The position numbers and the translations under genes are program-made. From NCBI GenBank assembly GCA_001805445.1, contig MHGF01000029.1, positions 68,270 through 132,269 of the forward strand: a stretch of 64,000 nt of DNA. The letters run 5' to 3'. Shown one piece after another: positions 1-10,428 of the stretch (the stretch's first letter is position 1; each line of letters starts with the position of its first letter). This DNA comes from Omnitrophica WOR_2 bacterium GWF2_43_52. GTDB taxonomy: Bacteria > Omnitrophota > Gorgyraeia > Gygaellales > UBA12090. The notes beneath the pieces are model-generated. The model worked only from the letters and a program-made list of their open reading frames with translations. It made no database searches and was not told the origin of the DNA.

Positions 1-83
1 ATTTTGGCAGGACCGAGCCGGAATTTAGCTGGGAATTGACCGATAAGGCGCAGCTTTTAAAAAAGCAAGCAGCCAAGTTATAA
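1..83 (+). CDS. metK: S-adenosylmethionine synthetase, C-terminal fragment (gene starts before the window)
   Basis: Frame from nt 3 reads [26 protein letters not shown], the (H)FGR..F.WE.TDK MetK C-terminus; directly upstream of ahcY. Confidence 0.85.
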   Translation, partial: FGRTEPEFSWELTDKAQLLKKQAAKL

Positions 84-84
84 A

Positions 85-154
85 ACGAGAGACGAAAGAC
101 GAGGGACGTAGGACGAACAAAAACGTCTTACGTCTTTCATCCCTCGTCCTTCGT
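85..154. repeat. Junction hairpin built of 7-mer GACG repeats
   Basis: acgagagacgaaagacgagggacgtaggacg / 8-nt loop / cgtcttacgtctttcatccctcgtccttcgt. Confidence 0.9.
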
Positions 155-178
155 AAATTAAAAATAACAGGAGTATAC

Positions 179-1435
179 ATGGACTATGATGTTAAGGATA
201 TAAAATTATCTACGGCCGGACGATTAAGGATTGAGTGGGCAAGCAACAATATGCCGGTATTAAAACTTATCAAAAAAAGGTTCAGCAAAGAAAAACCGTT
301 GCGGGGAACGCGTGTTGTTGCCTGTCTTCATGTGACTACGGAAACAGGGGTGTTGATGGATGTGTTAAAGACAGGCGGCGCGGAAATACGCCTGTGCGCG
401 TCTAACCCTTTATCGACGCAGGATGATGTTGCGGCATCATTGGTAAAAGATTTCAAAATCGCGACCTTTTCCATTAAGGGCGAAGATACACGGACATACT
501 ATCACCATATCAACAGCGCGTTGGATGGAAAGCCCACTCTTACTATGGATGATGGCGCGGACATCGTTTCGACTATTCACCAAAAGAGAGAAGATTTGTT
601 ATCCGATATATTGGGGGGAACCGAGGAGACAACGACCGGCGTGATTCGCTTGCGGGCAATGCAAAAAGATGGAAAGCTGCACTATCCCATTATCGCGGTT
701 AATGACGCCCAGACCAAGCATCTTTTTGACAATCGTTACGGCACAGGACAATCTACCATTGATGGGATAATCCGCGCGACCAATACATTAATCGCTGGAT
801 GCGCTTTTGTAGTCTGCGGCTATGGCTGGTGCGGTAAGGGTGTGGCGATGCGCGCCCGCGGCATGGGAGCAAGAGTTATCGTGGTTGAAGTAGATGCCAT
901 AAGAGCGTTAGAGGCGACTATGGACGGTTATGAGGTGATGCCTATTGGGGAAGCGGCAGAAATCGGAGAGATATTTTTGACTGTTACCGGCGATATCAGT
1001 GTTATCCGTAAAGAGCATTTTACCAAGATGAAAGACGGCGCGATTGTGGCTAACTCCGGGCATTTTAATGTGGAAATAGATATTCCGGCTTTAGAGGGCT
1101 TAAGCAAAAAGAAAAGGACCCTCCGTAATTTTGTGGAAGAATATACGTTGGCTAGCGGCAGGAGGATTTATCTTTTAGGCGAGGGTCGTCTCATTAACCT
1201 TGCTTCCGCGGAGGGGCATCCGGCAAGCGTTATGGATATGTCGTTTGCCAATCAGGCGCTGTCTGCCGAATATATCGTAAAAAAACATAAAGAGTTAGAG
1301 CACGCGGTGTATTCAGTGCCAAAGCATATTGATGAAAACATCGCTAAGCTGAAATTAGACTCAATGGGGATAAAGATTGATACGTTGACCGCGAAACAGG
1401 AAAAATATCTTTCCAGTTGGGAAGAGGGAACGTAG
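179..1435 (+). CDS. ahcY: Adenosylhomocysteinase
   Basis: [48 protein letters not shown] motifs; SD aggag. Confidence 0.97.
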   Translation: MDYDVKDIKLSTAGRLRIEWASNNMPVLKLIKKRFSKEKPLRGTRVVACLHVTTETGVLMDVLKTGGAEIRLCASNPLSTQDDVAASLVKDFKIATFSIKGEDTRTYYHHINSALDGKPTLTMDDGADIVSTIHQKREDLLSDILGGTEETTTGVIRLRAMQKDGKLHYPIIAVNDAQTKHLFDNRYGTGQSTIDGIIRATNTLIAGCAFVVCGYGWCGKGVAMRARGMGARVIVVEVDAIRALEATMDGYEVMPIGEAAEIGEIFLTVTGDISVIRKEHFTKMKDGAIVANSGHFNVEIDIPALEGLSKKKRTLRNFVEEYTLASGRRIYLLGEGRLINLASAEGHPASVMDMSFANQALSAEYIVKKHKELEHAVYSVPKHIDENIAKLKLDSMGIKIDTLTAKQEKYLSSWEEGT

Positions 1436-1500
1436 GTTTATTGCAAGGCAGGGCTTCCCTAAAATAAAGCTTTGTCTTAGAAGCTCGCAGAATAGCGAGC

Positions 1501-1670
1501 TAGTAATATGTTAAAAACGCCTGCCTGTGGCAGTCAGGGGTATCAGGATACTGGGAGATTGGGATTTGGGAATCGGGGAAGCCGGGAATTTCGATTTTTT
1601 CCTTATATCCTGATATCCTAGTCTCCAAACCCTAATTCCCTGATTCACCTAATTTCCTCATTTTCATGGT
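1501..1670. repeat. Junction hairpin, 8-mer GGRDATYR family copy 1, with a 19-nt insert
   Basis: Head tagtaatatgttaaaaacg; left arm ggtatcag/gatactgg/gagattgg/gatttgg; right arm tatcctga/tatcctag/ccctaatt/ccctgatt. Confidence 0.85.
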
Positions 1671-1703
1671 TATTTACACATAGTATGATAGGAGGCACGC
1701 AGA

Positions 1704-3833
1704 ATGAAGCTAAAACATAAAACAGGAGTTTCCTTGTTTTTATTTCTAGCGTTTGTTATCAGTATACCTGCGCTGCTTCTGGCCGGAGGGTTACAGGAAA
1801 AGATTCAGCAAAAGATTAATGCCTCGAAGAATATGCAGCAGGCTGCTCAGTACGAGCCGTATTATGTGGATAATGAGCAGCAGAGTAATAAGCCGCAAGA
1901 AGAAGGCAAGAGCCAGCAAGCGCGGAAAGCGGCAAAGGCTGACCGGGATGTTTCCGCTGACATGCTTCAAAGGGCGGAAGGAAACGCGCCGGTGTTTTCT
2001 TCGTACGCAATCTACAGAACAGATTATAAGGCGGAAATAGAAGAAGATGTGGTAACGGTTAAAGGCAGTATTGTTTTTGAGGTTTTTAAAAAGGGATGGA
2101 CGCAGATTCCTCTGGCAAAGAATACTGTAGGGCTTATTGAAGTAAGCGTAAACAGAGGAACTTCTTTTGTGGTCATGCAGTCAGGAAAATATTACCTGAT
2201 GATAGATAAACCGGGCAGGTATACTTTGGATATGGAGTTTTTAATCAAGGCTTCCCGAGAAAGAGAAAATGGCCCGGGGAATTTCAGCTTTGAATCTATT
2301 CCCGCGCCGATTTCCCAGTTTGAGTTTGCTATGGAAGAGGATGATGTAGAGATATTTGTTGAGCCTTCAATCAGGCTGGAGGTAAAGAAAGCGCCTAAGA
2401 AGACGGTTGCCTGGGCGGTCATGCCCAATACCAATACCATAACCGTGCGCTGGTCAAAGGCCCTTCCGAAAGAGACTATTACCCCTGTTAAATTGGAGCC
2501 AAAGGTGTACGTGGATACGGTAAGCTCTGTTTCTATTGGTGAAGGCTTGATACGTTGTCAGTCTATCTTAAATTATTCCATACTGCAGTCAGAAATTTCC
2601 AACGCGCGCATTGCCTTGCCGGAAGATATCGCTATCCTTGATGTCCAGGGAAAAAATTTGCGGGATTGGAAAATTTCCCAGAAAGAAAACCTGCAGTATG
2701 TGGATGTCTATTTTACTTTTGGCACAAAAGGTAATTATACCCTTAACGTAACCTACGAAAGAAAAATCGGAGACGGCTCGGTCGTCGCGCAGATCCCCTG
2801 GATTCAAGCTTTGGGAGCAGAAAGGGAAAAAGGTTTTCTTGGCTTAGCCGCGGCAACAAATGTAGAGCTGGCGATAAATAAAACCGAAAATGCCACGCTT
2901 ATTGATGTAAAAGAATTACCCTCCTCGCTTTGGGGCATGACGGCTAATCCGATTCTCCTGGCTTTTAAATACCTGAAGCATCCCTTTACCATCGCGATAG
3001 ATGTTACCAAACATGAAGAAGTGCCTGTGCTGGTGGCGACGATTGATTCCGCTGCTTTTGTTACCTTGCAGACCAATGAAGGTAAAAGCCTTACCAAAGC
3101 AATTTACCAGCTCAGAAATAACGTCAAACAATATCTCCGATTGACGCTGCCTGAGGAATCTGTTTTATGGAGCGTATTCGTGGCGGGTAAGCCGGTAAAG
3201 CCAGCCAAAGACAAGAATGGGCATATTCTCATTCCTTTAGAAAAATCGCAGTTAAGGGAAGAAGGGCTTACGCAGTTTCCGGTAGAAATTGTGTATTTAG
3301 ATAAAACCCCTACCATGAAATTTTTGGGAAACATAAAACTTAATTTACCGCAAAACGATATACCAATAAGCAGTTTGCAGTGGTCGCTTTATTTACCATC
3401 TGAGTATGCTTATTTTAACTTTGGCGGAGATGTTAAGCAGGTGAAGGCGAGTATGTTCCCTGTTGCCGATGATTTTAGAACTAAAGAAAGGGCGCCAATG
3501 TCAAAAGCCGCTGGCTATAGGCTTGAATCAAATGTTGGCCAGCAGTTTGCCGGACAGTCTGTGGTGACGGAGGGTTTTTATGATGAGGTGCAATCCGCGC
3601 AGATGAAAGGGGTATTACCCATTAGGATTGATATTCCACAAGAGGGCAAGCTTTTTTATTTTTCAAAATTAATAGTGACTGAGAAGGAAAGCCCTAGTGT
3701 ATCGGTAAGGTATTGTAAGGCGTTTCGTCACGCCTTTACTATAGTAAAACTTTTACTGTTAGTCATTGTTATCGTTCTTTTTGCCGCGGGGCTAAAAAAA
3801 ATATTTCCTAAAATGAGCCGGCAGGGATCGTGA
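1704..3833 (+). CDS. Hypothetical envelope protein (N-terminal signal/TM, C-terminal TM anchor)
   Basis: 709-aa ORF, SD aggagg, hydrophobic termini, beta-rich body; no family recognised with confidence. Confidence 0.8.
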   Translation: MKLKHKTGVSLFLFLAFVISIPALLLAGGLQEKIQQKINASKNMQQAAQYEPYYVDNEQQSNKPQEEGKSQQARKAAKADRDVSADMLQRAEGNAPVFSSYAIYRTDYKAEIEEDVVTVKGSIVFEVFKKGWTQIPLAKNTVGLIEVSVNRGTSFVVMQSGKYYLMIDKPGRYTLDMEFLIKASRERENGPGNFSFESIPAPISQFEFAMEEDDVEIFVEPSIRLEVKKAPKKTVAWAVMPNTNTITVRWSKALPKETITPVKLEPKVYVDTVSSVSIGEGLIRCQSILNYSILQSEISNARIALPEDIAILDVQGKNLRDWKISQKENLQYVDVYFTFGTKGNYTLNVTYERKIGDGSVVAQIPWIQALGAEREKGFLGLAAATNVELAINKTENATLIDVKELPSSLWGMTANPILLAFKYLKHPFTIAIDVTKHEEVPVLVATIDSAAFVTLQTNEGKSLTKAIYQLRNNVKQYLRLTLPEESVLWSVFVAGKPVKPAKDKNGHILIPLEKSQLREEGLTQFPVEIVYLDKTPTMKFLGNIKLNLPQNDIPISSLQWSLYLPSEYAYFNFGGDVKQVKASMFPVADDFRTKERAPMSKAAGYRLESNVGQQFAGQSVVTEGFYDEVQSAQMKGVLPIRIDIPQEGKLFYFSKLIVTEKESPSVSVRYCKAFRHAFTIVKLLLLVIVIVLFAAGLKKIFPKMSRQGS

Positions 3834-3851
3834 AAATTAGGCAAAAATAAT

Positions 3852-4817
3852 ATGGCACTAAAGAAAATCGGGGTCTTAACCGCTGGCGGCGATGCCCCGG
3901 GAATGAATGCGGCTATCCGCAGTGTGGTTAGATACGCGCTAAGCAGGAAAATAGAGGTTACCGGGATATTCCGCGGCTGGTGGGGCCTCATTAATGAAGA
4001 AATAAAGCCTTTAGACCATCGTTCGGTCTCTGGTATCATTAATCAGGGAGGCACGATACTTAAGACCGCGCGCTGCGCTGAATTTAAAACCGAGGAAGGC
4101 CAATCGCGGGCATATCAGACAGTAAAGAAAGATTCGATTGACGCGCTTGTAGTTATTGGAGGCGACGGCAGTTTCCGGGGGGCATACGAGTTTTATAAAA
4201 AATACAATGTCCCTTGCGTAGGTATTCCCGCGTCAATTGATAATGACATAAACGGCATAGATGAAACTATTGGAGCGGATACCGCAATCAATACTGCTCT
4301 TTTGGCAATTGATAATATCCGAGATACCGCAACCTCAATGGAGAGAATTTTTGTAGTTGAGGTGATGGGGAGAAGCTCAGGCTATATTGCCTTACAAGTG
4401 GCATTAGCCGGCGGATGTGAAGACGTCATTATCCCGGAACGGGAATTAAATTTAGAAAGTATGTGCCATGGCATTGTGGAGGGAAACATAAGGGGAAAAA
4501 TCAGCTGGATTGTAGTCGTGGCTGAGGGCGCGGCAAAGGCGCAAGACATTGCCCGAAAGATAACAGAAATGACCAGCCTTGAGACCCGCGAGGTGGTTTT
4601 AGGCCATGTGCAAAGGGGTGGCCGCCCCACGGCATTTAGCCGGGCATTGGCGCTGGGCCTGGGACATGCGGCAGTTGATTGCCTGTTGCGCGGTGAAACA
4701 CATAAGGTGGTCGGGATTAAGGACAGTAAGATTATAGTGCTTGATTTGGAAACCGCGATACGAAAGAAAGATTTAAAAGTAGACCATTTTTATAATTTGG
4801 TTAAGGTGCTCACATAG
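3852..4817 (+). CDS. pfkA: ATP-dependent 6-phosphofructokinase
   Basis: GGDAPGMNAAIR, GGDGS, SIDNDI, EVMGR, LGHVQRGG. Confidence 0.96.
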   Translation: MALKKIGVLTAGGDAPGMNAAIRSVVRYALSRKIEVTGIFRGWWGLINEEIKPLDHRSVSGIINQGGTILKTARCAEFKTEEGQSRAYQTVKKDSIDALVVIGGDGSFRGAYEFYKKYNVPCVGIPASIDNDINGIDETIGADTAINTALLAIDNIRDTATSMERIFVVEVMGRSSGYIALQVALAGGCEDVIIPERELNLESMCHGIVEGNIRGKISWIVVVAEGAAKAQDIARKITEMTSLETREVVLGHVQRGGRPTAFSRALALGLGHAAVDCLLRGETHKVVGIKDSKIIVLDLETAIRKKDLKVDHFYNLVKVLT

Positions 4818-4830
4818 GTATGGTTAAATA

Positions 4831-4924
4831 AACACAAATTCCCACGAATAAAAAGCCGAATTAACACGAATTCTCGTTGAAAGTAATTCGTGGAAATTCG
4901 TGTGTGATTCGTGTTAATTCGTGA
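4831..4924. repeat. Junction hairpin, CACGAAT/ATTCGTG family copy 1
   Basis: cacaaat/cacgaat/gccgaat/cacgaat followed by four attcgtg units. Confidence 0.9.
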
Positions 4925-4983
4925 TAGTAAAATTAGGTAGTGTATTTGTATTGATAACATAATTGAAAGGAGAGTTTTAAGAG

Positions 4984-6309
4984 ATGGCTAGGCGTGGAAA
5001 AGATATAAGCGGTTTTGTGAAAGACTTAATCGCGATAGATGATGTTGAAACCAAGAAGAGGATTTATAAAAAGATTTTAGGGATTGCCTATAAGAGCGGT
5101 ATTTATCCGGCATCCATACATGATTTTTATAGTGCCCGGGCAAAAGAAGGCTTTGGCGGGTTTACTGTGCCGGCAATCAATTTACGTTCTATGACCTATG
5201 ATTTGGCACGGGCACTATTCAGAGTAGCCCAGCGTAATAACTCAGGGGCGTTTATTTTTGAAATTGCCAAGAGCGAAATGGGCTATACCAGCCAGCCGCC
5301 CTGTGAATATGGAGCCATGATACTGGCAGCGGCAATTAAGGAAGGTTACTCAGGCCCTGTGTTTATCCAGGCAGACCACACCCAGGTGAATATCAAGAAA
5401 TTTAAGGAAAATCCGGAAAAAGAAATAGAAACTTTGCAGGCCCTCATTGCTGAGGCAATTGAGTTCGGTTTTTATAACATAGACATAGATTCATCAACGC
5501 TCGTTGATTTATCGCAATCGAGCGTAAAAAAGCAGCAATATTATAATTTTGATACCTGTGCCAAGCTAACCCAGTTTATCCGGCGGATTGAGCCTAGAGG
5601 AATCACCGTTTCCGTAGGAGGAGAGATTGGCGAGGTTGGGCATAAGAATTCAACGCCTGAGGAGCTGCGGGTATTTATGGATGGTTTTAAGGAGAGGCTG
5701 CGAAAAGGATTAATCGGCATAAGCAAAATTTCTGTGCAGACCGGCACGTCTCATGGCGGAGTGGTCCTGCCTGACGGCACTATTGCCCAGGTAGCCCTTG
5801 ATTTTGACACCTTAAAGGCGTTATCTGAAATTGCCAGAAAAGAATTTGGCTTAGCCGGCGCGGTTCAGCATGGAGCATCAACATTGCCGTCAGAGGCATT
5901 CCATAAATTCGCGGAATGTGAAACTGCTGAAGTGCACCTGGCGACCGAATTTCAGAATATGATCTATGACTCACCACACTTTCCTCATGAGTTAAAAGAA
6001 AAGATTTACGCGTGGCTTAAAGTAAATGCCGCCTCAGAAAAAAAAGAGGGCGAAACCGATGAGCAGTTTTTCTACAAAACAAGAAAGAAGGCGTTAGGGC
6101 CGTTTAAGCGCGATATTATGGGCTTAGCCGATTCAGTCAGGGACGCGATCGCGGGAGAAATAGAAAAAAAATTTGAGTTTCTTTTTAAACAGCTTGCTAT
6201 GATTAATAAAAAAGAACTGGTAGATAAATATGTGAGCCTCAAGAGAGTTATTTCTCGCAAAAGAAAAGAAGGCGCGCAGGTAGTGCATGACGGAGAAGGG
6301 GCAGATTAA
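4984..6309 (+). CDS. Class II fructose-bisphosphate aldolase family protein
   Basis: VPAIN, QADH, DIDSS, GGEIGEVG, GTSHGG, VQHGAS metal-binding motifs; follows pfkA. Confidence 0.88.
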   Translation: MARRGKDISGFVKDLIAIDDVETKKRIYKKILGIAYKSGIYPASIHDFYSARAKEGFGGFTVPAINLRSMTYDLARALFRVAQRNNSGAFIFEIAKSEMGYTSQPPCEYGAMILAAAIKEGYSGPVFIQADHTQVNIKKFKENPEKEIETLQALIAEAIEFGFYNIDIDSSTLVDLSQSSVKKQQYYNFDTCAKLTQFIRRIEPRGITVSVGGEIGEVGHKNSTPEELRVFMDGFKERLRKGLIGISKISVQTGTSHGGVVLPDGTIAQVALDFDTLKALSEIARKEFGLAGAVQHGASTLPSEAFHKFAECETAEVHLATEFQNMIYDSPHFPHELKEKIYAWLKVNAASEKKEGETDEQFFYKTRKKALGPFKRDIMGLADSVRDAIAGEIEKKFEFLFKQLAMINKKELVDKYVSLKRVISRKRKEGAQVVHDGEGAD

Positions 6310-6312
6310 AAA

Positions 6313-6385
6313 AGTCACCTGGTCACAATGTCACCAGTCACCAGTAAAAAAACCGGTGACTTTGTGACGTGGTGACTTGGTGACC
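6313..6385. repeat. Junction hairpin, GTCAC/GTGAC repeats
   Basis: Four gtcac units, A-rich loop, four gtgac units. Confidence 0.9.
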
Positions 6386-6407
6386 AGTACATTGAAAGAA
6401 GGTGGCT

Positions 6408-8063
6408 ATGCGTTCGGATACAATTAAAAAGGGGGTTGAGCGAATTCCTCATAGGGCATTGCTTTTTGCAACTGGGATTACCCGGGAGGATTTAAGCAAG
6501 CCGTTTATCGGCATCGCCTCAAGTTTTACTGACCTTGTCCCGGGACATACCCAAATGCGCCCTTTGGAGCAGGCGATTGAAAACGGAATTTACGCCGGAG
6601 GCGGCAGGCCCTTTGTATTCGGTATCCCCGGTATTTGCGATGGGATTGCTATGGGGCATGCCGGAATGCATTATTCTTTGGCCTCACGTGAGCTTATCGC
6701 GGATATGGTTGAATCTATCGCCAATGCCCATTGTCTGGATGGATTAGTGCTTTTAACCAACTGCGACAAAATTACTCCCGGCATGCTTATGGCTGTGGCG
6801 CGGCTTAATATACCTTCGGTGGTGGTTACTGCCGGGCCTATGGTCACAGGGCGATTGCGCGGTAAACGCTTATCACTTGTGCGTGATACCTTTGAAGCGG
6901 TAGCCAAGGCAAAAAAGGGAGAGATTTCTAAGAAAGAGATTGAAACGATAGAGATGTGTGCCTGCCCCGGCTCCGGTTCCTGCCAGGGGCTCTATACTGC
7001 TAATACGATGGCGTGCCTTACCGAAACCATGGGGATGAGTTTAACCGGTTGCGCCACCAGTATGGTGGCTTTAGCCAAAAAAGAACGGATTGCTTTTGAA
7101 TCCGGCAAGAGGGCGGTGTACCTGGTGCAAAAAGATATCAAACCTCGCTCTATTATGAATAAGAACGCCTTTTATAACGCGGTTACGGTAGATATGGCAT
7201 TAGGAGGTTCCTCAAATACTGTCTTGCATTTATTAGCCATTGCCAATGACGCGGGGGTAGATTTGCCTTTGTCTGTTTTTGATGAAATATCTAAAACTAC
7301 GCCAAATATTTGTTCACTTGAGCCGTCAGGAAATTTTTATATGGAAGACTTGGAATACGCAGGAGGTATCCCTGCCGTATTAAAGCGGCTTAAGGAGAGG
7401 CTGAAAAATAATCCCACGGTCAATGCCAAGAGCATTTATGCTATCGCTGATGAAGCAGAGATTTTCGATAACGACGTTATCCGGCCTTTGGATAAGCCTT
7501 ACCATAAAGAAGGAGGGATTGCTGTTCTTTATGGCAACCTGGCACCCAGCGGCGCTGTAGTAAAACAAGCGGCTGTTTCAGAAAAGATGAAGGTTTTTTC
7601 CGGAAAAGCAATTTGCTTTAATTCTGAAGAGGAAGCAATGAAGGCGATTTTAAACGGAGAAATCCATAAAGGCCATGTCGTAGTCATCCGCTATGAAGGC
7701 CCTGCTGGAGGACCGGGTATGCGCGAGATGCTTTCTCCAACGAGCGCGATTGTAGGGATGGGGTTATCTGATGATGTCGCACTTATTACAGACGGGCGTT
7801 TTTCCGGAGGTACCCGCGGCCCTTGCATCGGCCATATCTCGCCGGAAGCCCAAGGATGCGGCCCGATAGCCGCAATACACGACGGCGACCTGATTAAGAT
7901 TGATATACTGAGGAGGAAATTAGATATCGCCATAAGCGATAAGGAATTACAAGAGCGTTTAAGTAAATGCAAACCGCACAAGCCAAAGATCACCACAGGC
8001 TATTTATCGCGCTATGCAAGGCTTGTTTCTTCGGCGGATAAGGGAGCCATCTTAAACTGTTAA
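6408..8063 (+). CDS. ilvD: Dihydroxy-acid dehydratase
   Basis: [38 protein letters not shown]; start ATG 6408 or GTG 6402. Confidence 0.97.
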   Translation: MRSDTIKKGVERIPHRALLFATGITREDLSKPFIGIASSFTDLVPGHTQMRPLEQAIENGIYAGGGRPFVFGIPGICDGIAMGHAGMHYSLASRELIADMVESIANAHCLDGLVLLTNCDKITPGMLMAVARLNIPSVVVTAGPMVTGRLRGKRLSLVRDTFEAVAKAKKGEISKKEIETIEMCACPGSGSCQGLYTANTMACLTETMGMSLTGCATSMVALAKKERIAFESGKRAVYLVQKDIKPRSIMNKNAFYNAVTVDMALGGSSNTVLHLLAIANDAGVDLPLSVFDEISKTTPNICSLEPSGNFYMEDLEYAGGIPAVLKRLKERLKNNPTVNAKSIYAIADEAEIFDNDVIRPLDKPYHKEGGIAVLYGNLAPSGAVVKQAAVSEKMKVFSGKAICFNSEEEAMKAILNGEIHKGHVVVIRYEGPAGGPGMREMLSPTSAIVGMGLSDDVALITDGRFSGGTRGPCIGHISPEAQGCGPIAAIHDGDLIKIDILRRKLDIAISDKELQERLSKCKPHKPKITTGYLSRYARLVSSADKGAILNC

Positions 8064-8140
8064 ACTGTTACATTGTTAAAGTGTTAAAGTGTTAAACAGT
8101 TTAGCCATTTAGCAGTTTAACAGTTTTAAATGTAGCAATG
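8052..8140. repeat. Junction hairpin, TAAACTGT/ACAGTTTA 8-mer family copy 1
   Basis: ttaaactg ttaaactg ttacattg ttaaagtg ttaaagtg then acagttta gccattta gcagttta acagtt; overlaps the ilvD stop. Confidence 0.9.
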
Positions 8141-8145
8141 AAAAT

Positions 8146-9813
8146 ATGACTGGCGCGCAAATATTAATTGAGTGTTTGGAACGTGAAGGGGTAGAGGTTA
8201 TGTTTGGCTATCCCGGGGGAGTGGTGCTGCCTATTTTTGACAAGCTCTATGACTCTAAAATACGTTTTATTTTAACCCGCCATGAGCAAGGGGCGGCGCA
8301 CGCGGCAGACGGCTATGCCCGGGCAACCGGTAAAGTGGGAGTCTGCCTTGCTACGTCAGGGCCGGGGGCAACGAACCTTACTACCGGAATTGCCAATGCC
8401 TATATGGATTCTATTCCTATGGTGGCAATCACAGGACAGGTAAAGACCTTCCTTATCGGAAATGACGCCTTTCAGGAAGCAGATATTACCGGGATTACCA
8501 GGTCTATTTCCAAGCATAATTATTTGGTGAAGGATGTGAAGGATTTGGCCTTAGTAGTGCGTGAAGCATTTCATCTTGCCTTAACGGGAAGGCCGGGCCC
8601 GGTGGTAATTGATTTGCCTGTTGATGTTCAGCAGGCGGAGTGTGATTTCCTGTGGCCGCAGGAGGTTTTTATCCGCGGATATAAACCTACTCTTTTTGGC
8701 CATCCCGGCCAAATCAAAAAGGCGGCAAGGTTGATTGCGGCGTCAAAGCGCCCCATTCTTTATATCGGCGGAGGAGTGATTATTTCTGGGGCGCATCAGG
8801 AAGTGAAAGAATTAGCGGAAACAATTCTTGCGCCGGTGACAATGACGATGATGGGGTTAGGCGCTTTTCCGGGAACGCACGAATTATCATTAGGGATGCT
8901 GGGTATGCACGGGACAGCCTACGCGAATCACGCGACTATGGAGTCGGATTTAATTATTGCCATTGGCGCGCGTTTTGATGACAGGGTTACCGGAAGGGTT
9001 TCCTCTTTCGCTCCACATGCTAAGATAATCCATATTGATATTGACCCTACGTCTATCAGCAAGACTGTGCGGGTAGATATCCCTATTGTAGGAGACGCTA
9101 AGAATATTCTAGGCCAGCTCTTAGAAGAGATAAAAAAGAAGCCAGATACTAAGAAATGGCTTGAGCAGGTTAAAGAGTGGAAGGCAAAACATCCTTTACG
9201 CTATCGCGATGAAGGCAATAGGATTAAGCCGCAGTTTGTGATAGAACAGATTTATGAGGTTACCAAAGGCGAGGCGATTATTACCACGGAAGTCGGGCAA
9301 AACCAGATGTGGAGTTGTCAATGGTATAAATATACTAAGCCGCGCACTTTTATTTCAAGCGGCGGGCTTGGTACTATGGGTTTTGGGTTTCCCGCGGCAA
9401 TGGGGGTAAAGGTAGCTTGCCCGGATAAAATCGTGTTTGATATTGCCGGTGATGGTTCGATACAGATGAATAGCCAGGAGCTTATGACGGTGGTCTGTAA
9501 TAAAATACCGGTAAAAATCGCGATTCTTAATAATGGATACCTAGGAATGGTGAGGCAGTGGCAGGAGCTATTTTATAAGAAGCGGTATTCTTCAGTGAAG
9601 CTTTGTAATCCTGATTTTGTGAAGTTAGCTGAAAGCTATGGCGCTGTCGGAATGCGTATAACCAAAAAAGAAGATGTGCGTGCCGCGATTAAAAAGGCAA
9701 TAGCAATTGATAACACTGTGATGCTTGATTTTGTGGTTGAGGAAGAGGAGAATGTGTATCCTATGGTGCCGGCAGGTGAAGCCATTAATCGAATGATCGG
9801 CGGCATGGCGTGA
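8146..9813 (+). CDS. ilvB: Acetolactate synthase large subunit
   Basis: FGYPGG, RHEQGA, TSGPGATN, GDGSIQMN TPP motif, GMVRQWQ. Confidence 0.97.
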   Translation: MTGAQILIECLEREGVEVMFGYPGGVVLPIFDKLYDSKIRFILTRHEQGAAHAADGYARATGKVGVCLATSGPGATNLTTGIANAYMDSIPMVAITGQVKTFLIGNDAFQEADITGITRSISKHNYLVKDVKDLALVVREAFHLALTGRPGPVVIDLPVDVQQAECDFLWPQEVFIRGYKPTLFGHPGQIKKAARLIAASKRPILYIGGGVIISGAHQEVKELAETILAPVTMTMMGLGAFPGTHELSLGMLGMHGTAYANHATMESDLIIAIGARFDDRVTGRVSSFAPHAKIIHIDIDPTSISKTVRVDIPIVGDAKNILGQLLEEIKKKPDTKKWLEQVKEWKAKHPLRYRDEGNRIKPQFVIEQIYEVTKGEAIITTEVGQNQMWSCQWYKYTKPRTFISSGGLGTMGFGFPAAMGVKVACPDKIVFDIAGDGSIQMNSQELMTVVCNKIPVKIAILNNGYLGMVRQWQELFYKKRYSSVKLCNPDFVKLAESYGAVGMRITKKEDVRAAIKKAIAIDNTVMLDFVVEEEENVYPMVPAGEAINRMIGGMA

Positions 9814-9896
9814 ACGCGAATAGACGCGAATTATAAATCGAATTTACACGAATACATTCGTGATAATTTTGTTTTTGATTCGTGTTAATTCGTGTA
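9813..9896. repeat. Junction hairpin, CACGAAT family copy 2
   Basis: acgcgaat, acgcgaat, tcgaat, acacgaat then attcgtg units. Confidence 0.88.
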
Positions 9897-9915
9897 TGAG
9901 GAGCGGTAGCGACGA

Positions 9916-10389
9916 GTGAAACATACAATATCAGTTATCGTGGAAAATAAGTTCGGGGTCCTGGCGCGTATTGCCGGGTTGTTTAGCGCTAGAGGTTACA
10001 ATATAGCTTCGTTAGCGGTGAGCGAAACGCACGACCCCGCGATATCGTGCATGACCATTGTCGTGGACGCCGAAGATGAGAAAATATTGGAGCAGATAAA
10101 AAAACAGCTTAATAGGCTTATTGATGTGCTTACCGTTACTGATTTTACCAAAAAAGAGCATGTTGAGAGAGAGTTAATTTTAGCAACGGTCGCGTATTCG
10201 GCTAAAACAAAGGCTGCGTTAGAAGGCCTCTTGGATAAATATAAGGCAATCATCGTTAAGCGTAAAAAAAATAGCGTGATAATTGAGTTTATGGGAGAGC
10301 AGGGTGTTATTAAAGAATTGCTTCGCGAATTAAGCCGGTTTGGGATTAAGGAGCTCATCCGGACAGGAAGAATCGCGATGGCGGTGTAA
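9916..10389 (+). CDS. ilvN: Acetolactate synthase small subunit
   Basis: KHTISVIVENKFGVLARIAGLFSARGYNI ACT domain; ELIRTG. Confidence 0.95.
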   Translation: MKHTISVIVENKFGVLARIAGLFSARGYNIASLAVSETHDPAISCMTIVVDAEDEKILEQIKKQLNRLIDVLTVTDFTKKEHVERELILATVAYSAKTKAALEGLLDKYKAIIVKRKKNSVIIEFMGEQGVIKELLRELSRFGIKELIRTGRIAMAV

Positions 10390-10428
10390 GGCCTGCTACT
10401 ACGAACGCAAAAAATAAATTGATATTGT

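Noticed and set aside
84-178. SAM or SAH riboswitch upstream of ahcY
   Set aside because: The spacer is filled by the 7-mer hairpin and I recognise no riboswitch consensus
6310-6407. ilv/leu attenuator leader peptide
   Set aside because: No Ile/Leu/Val-rich mini-ORF or terminator/antiterminator pair is visible
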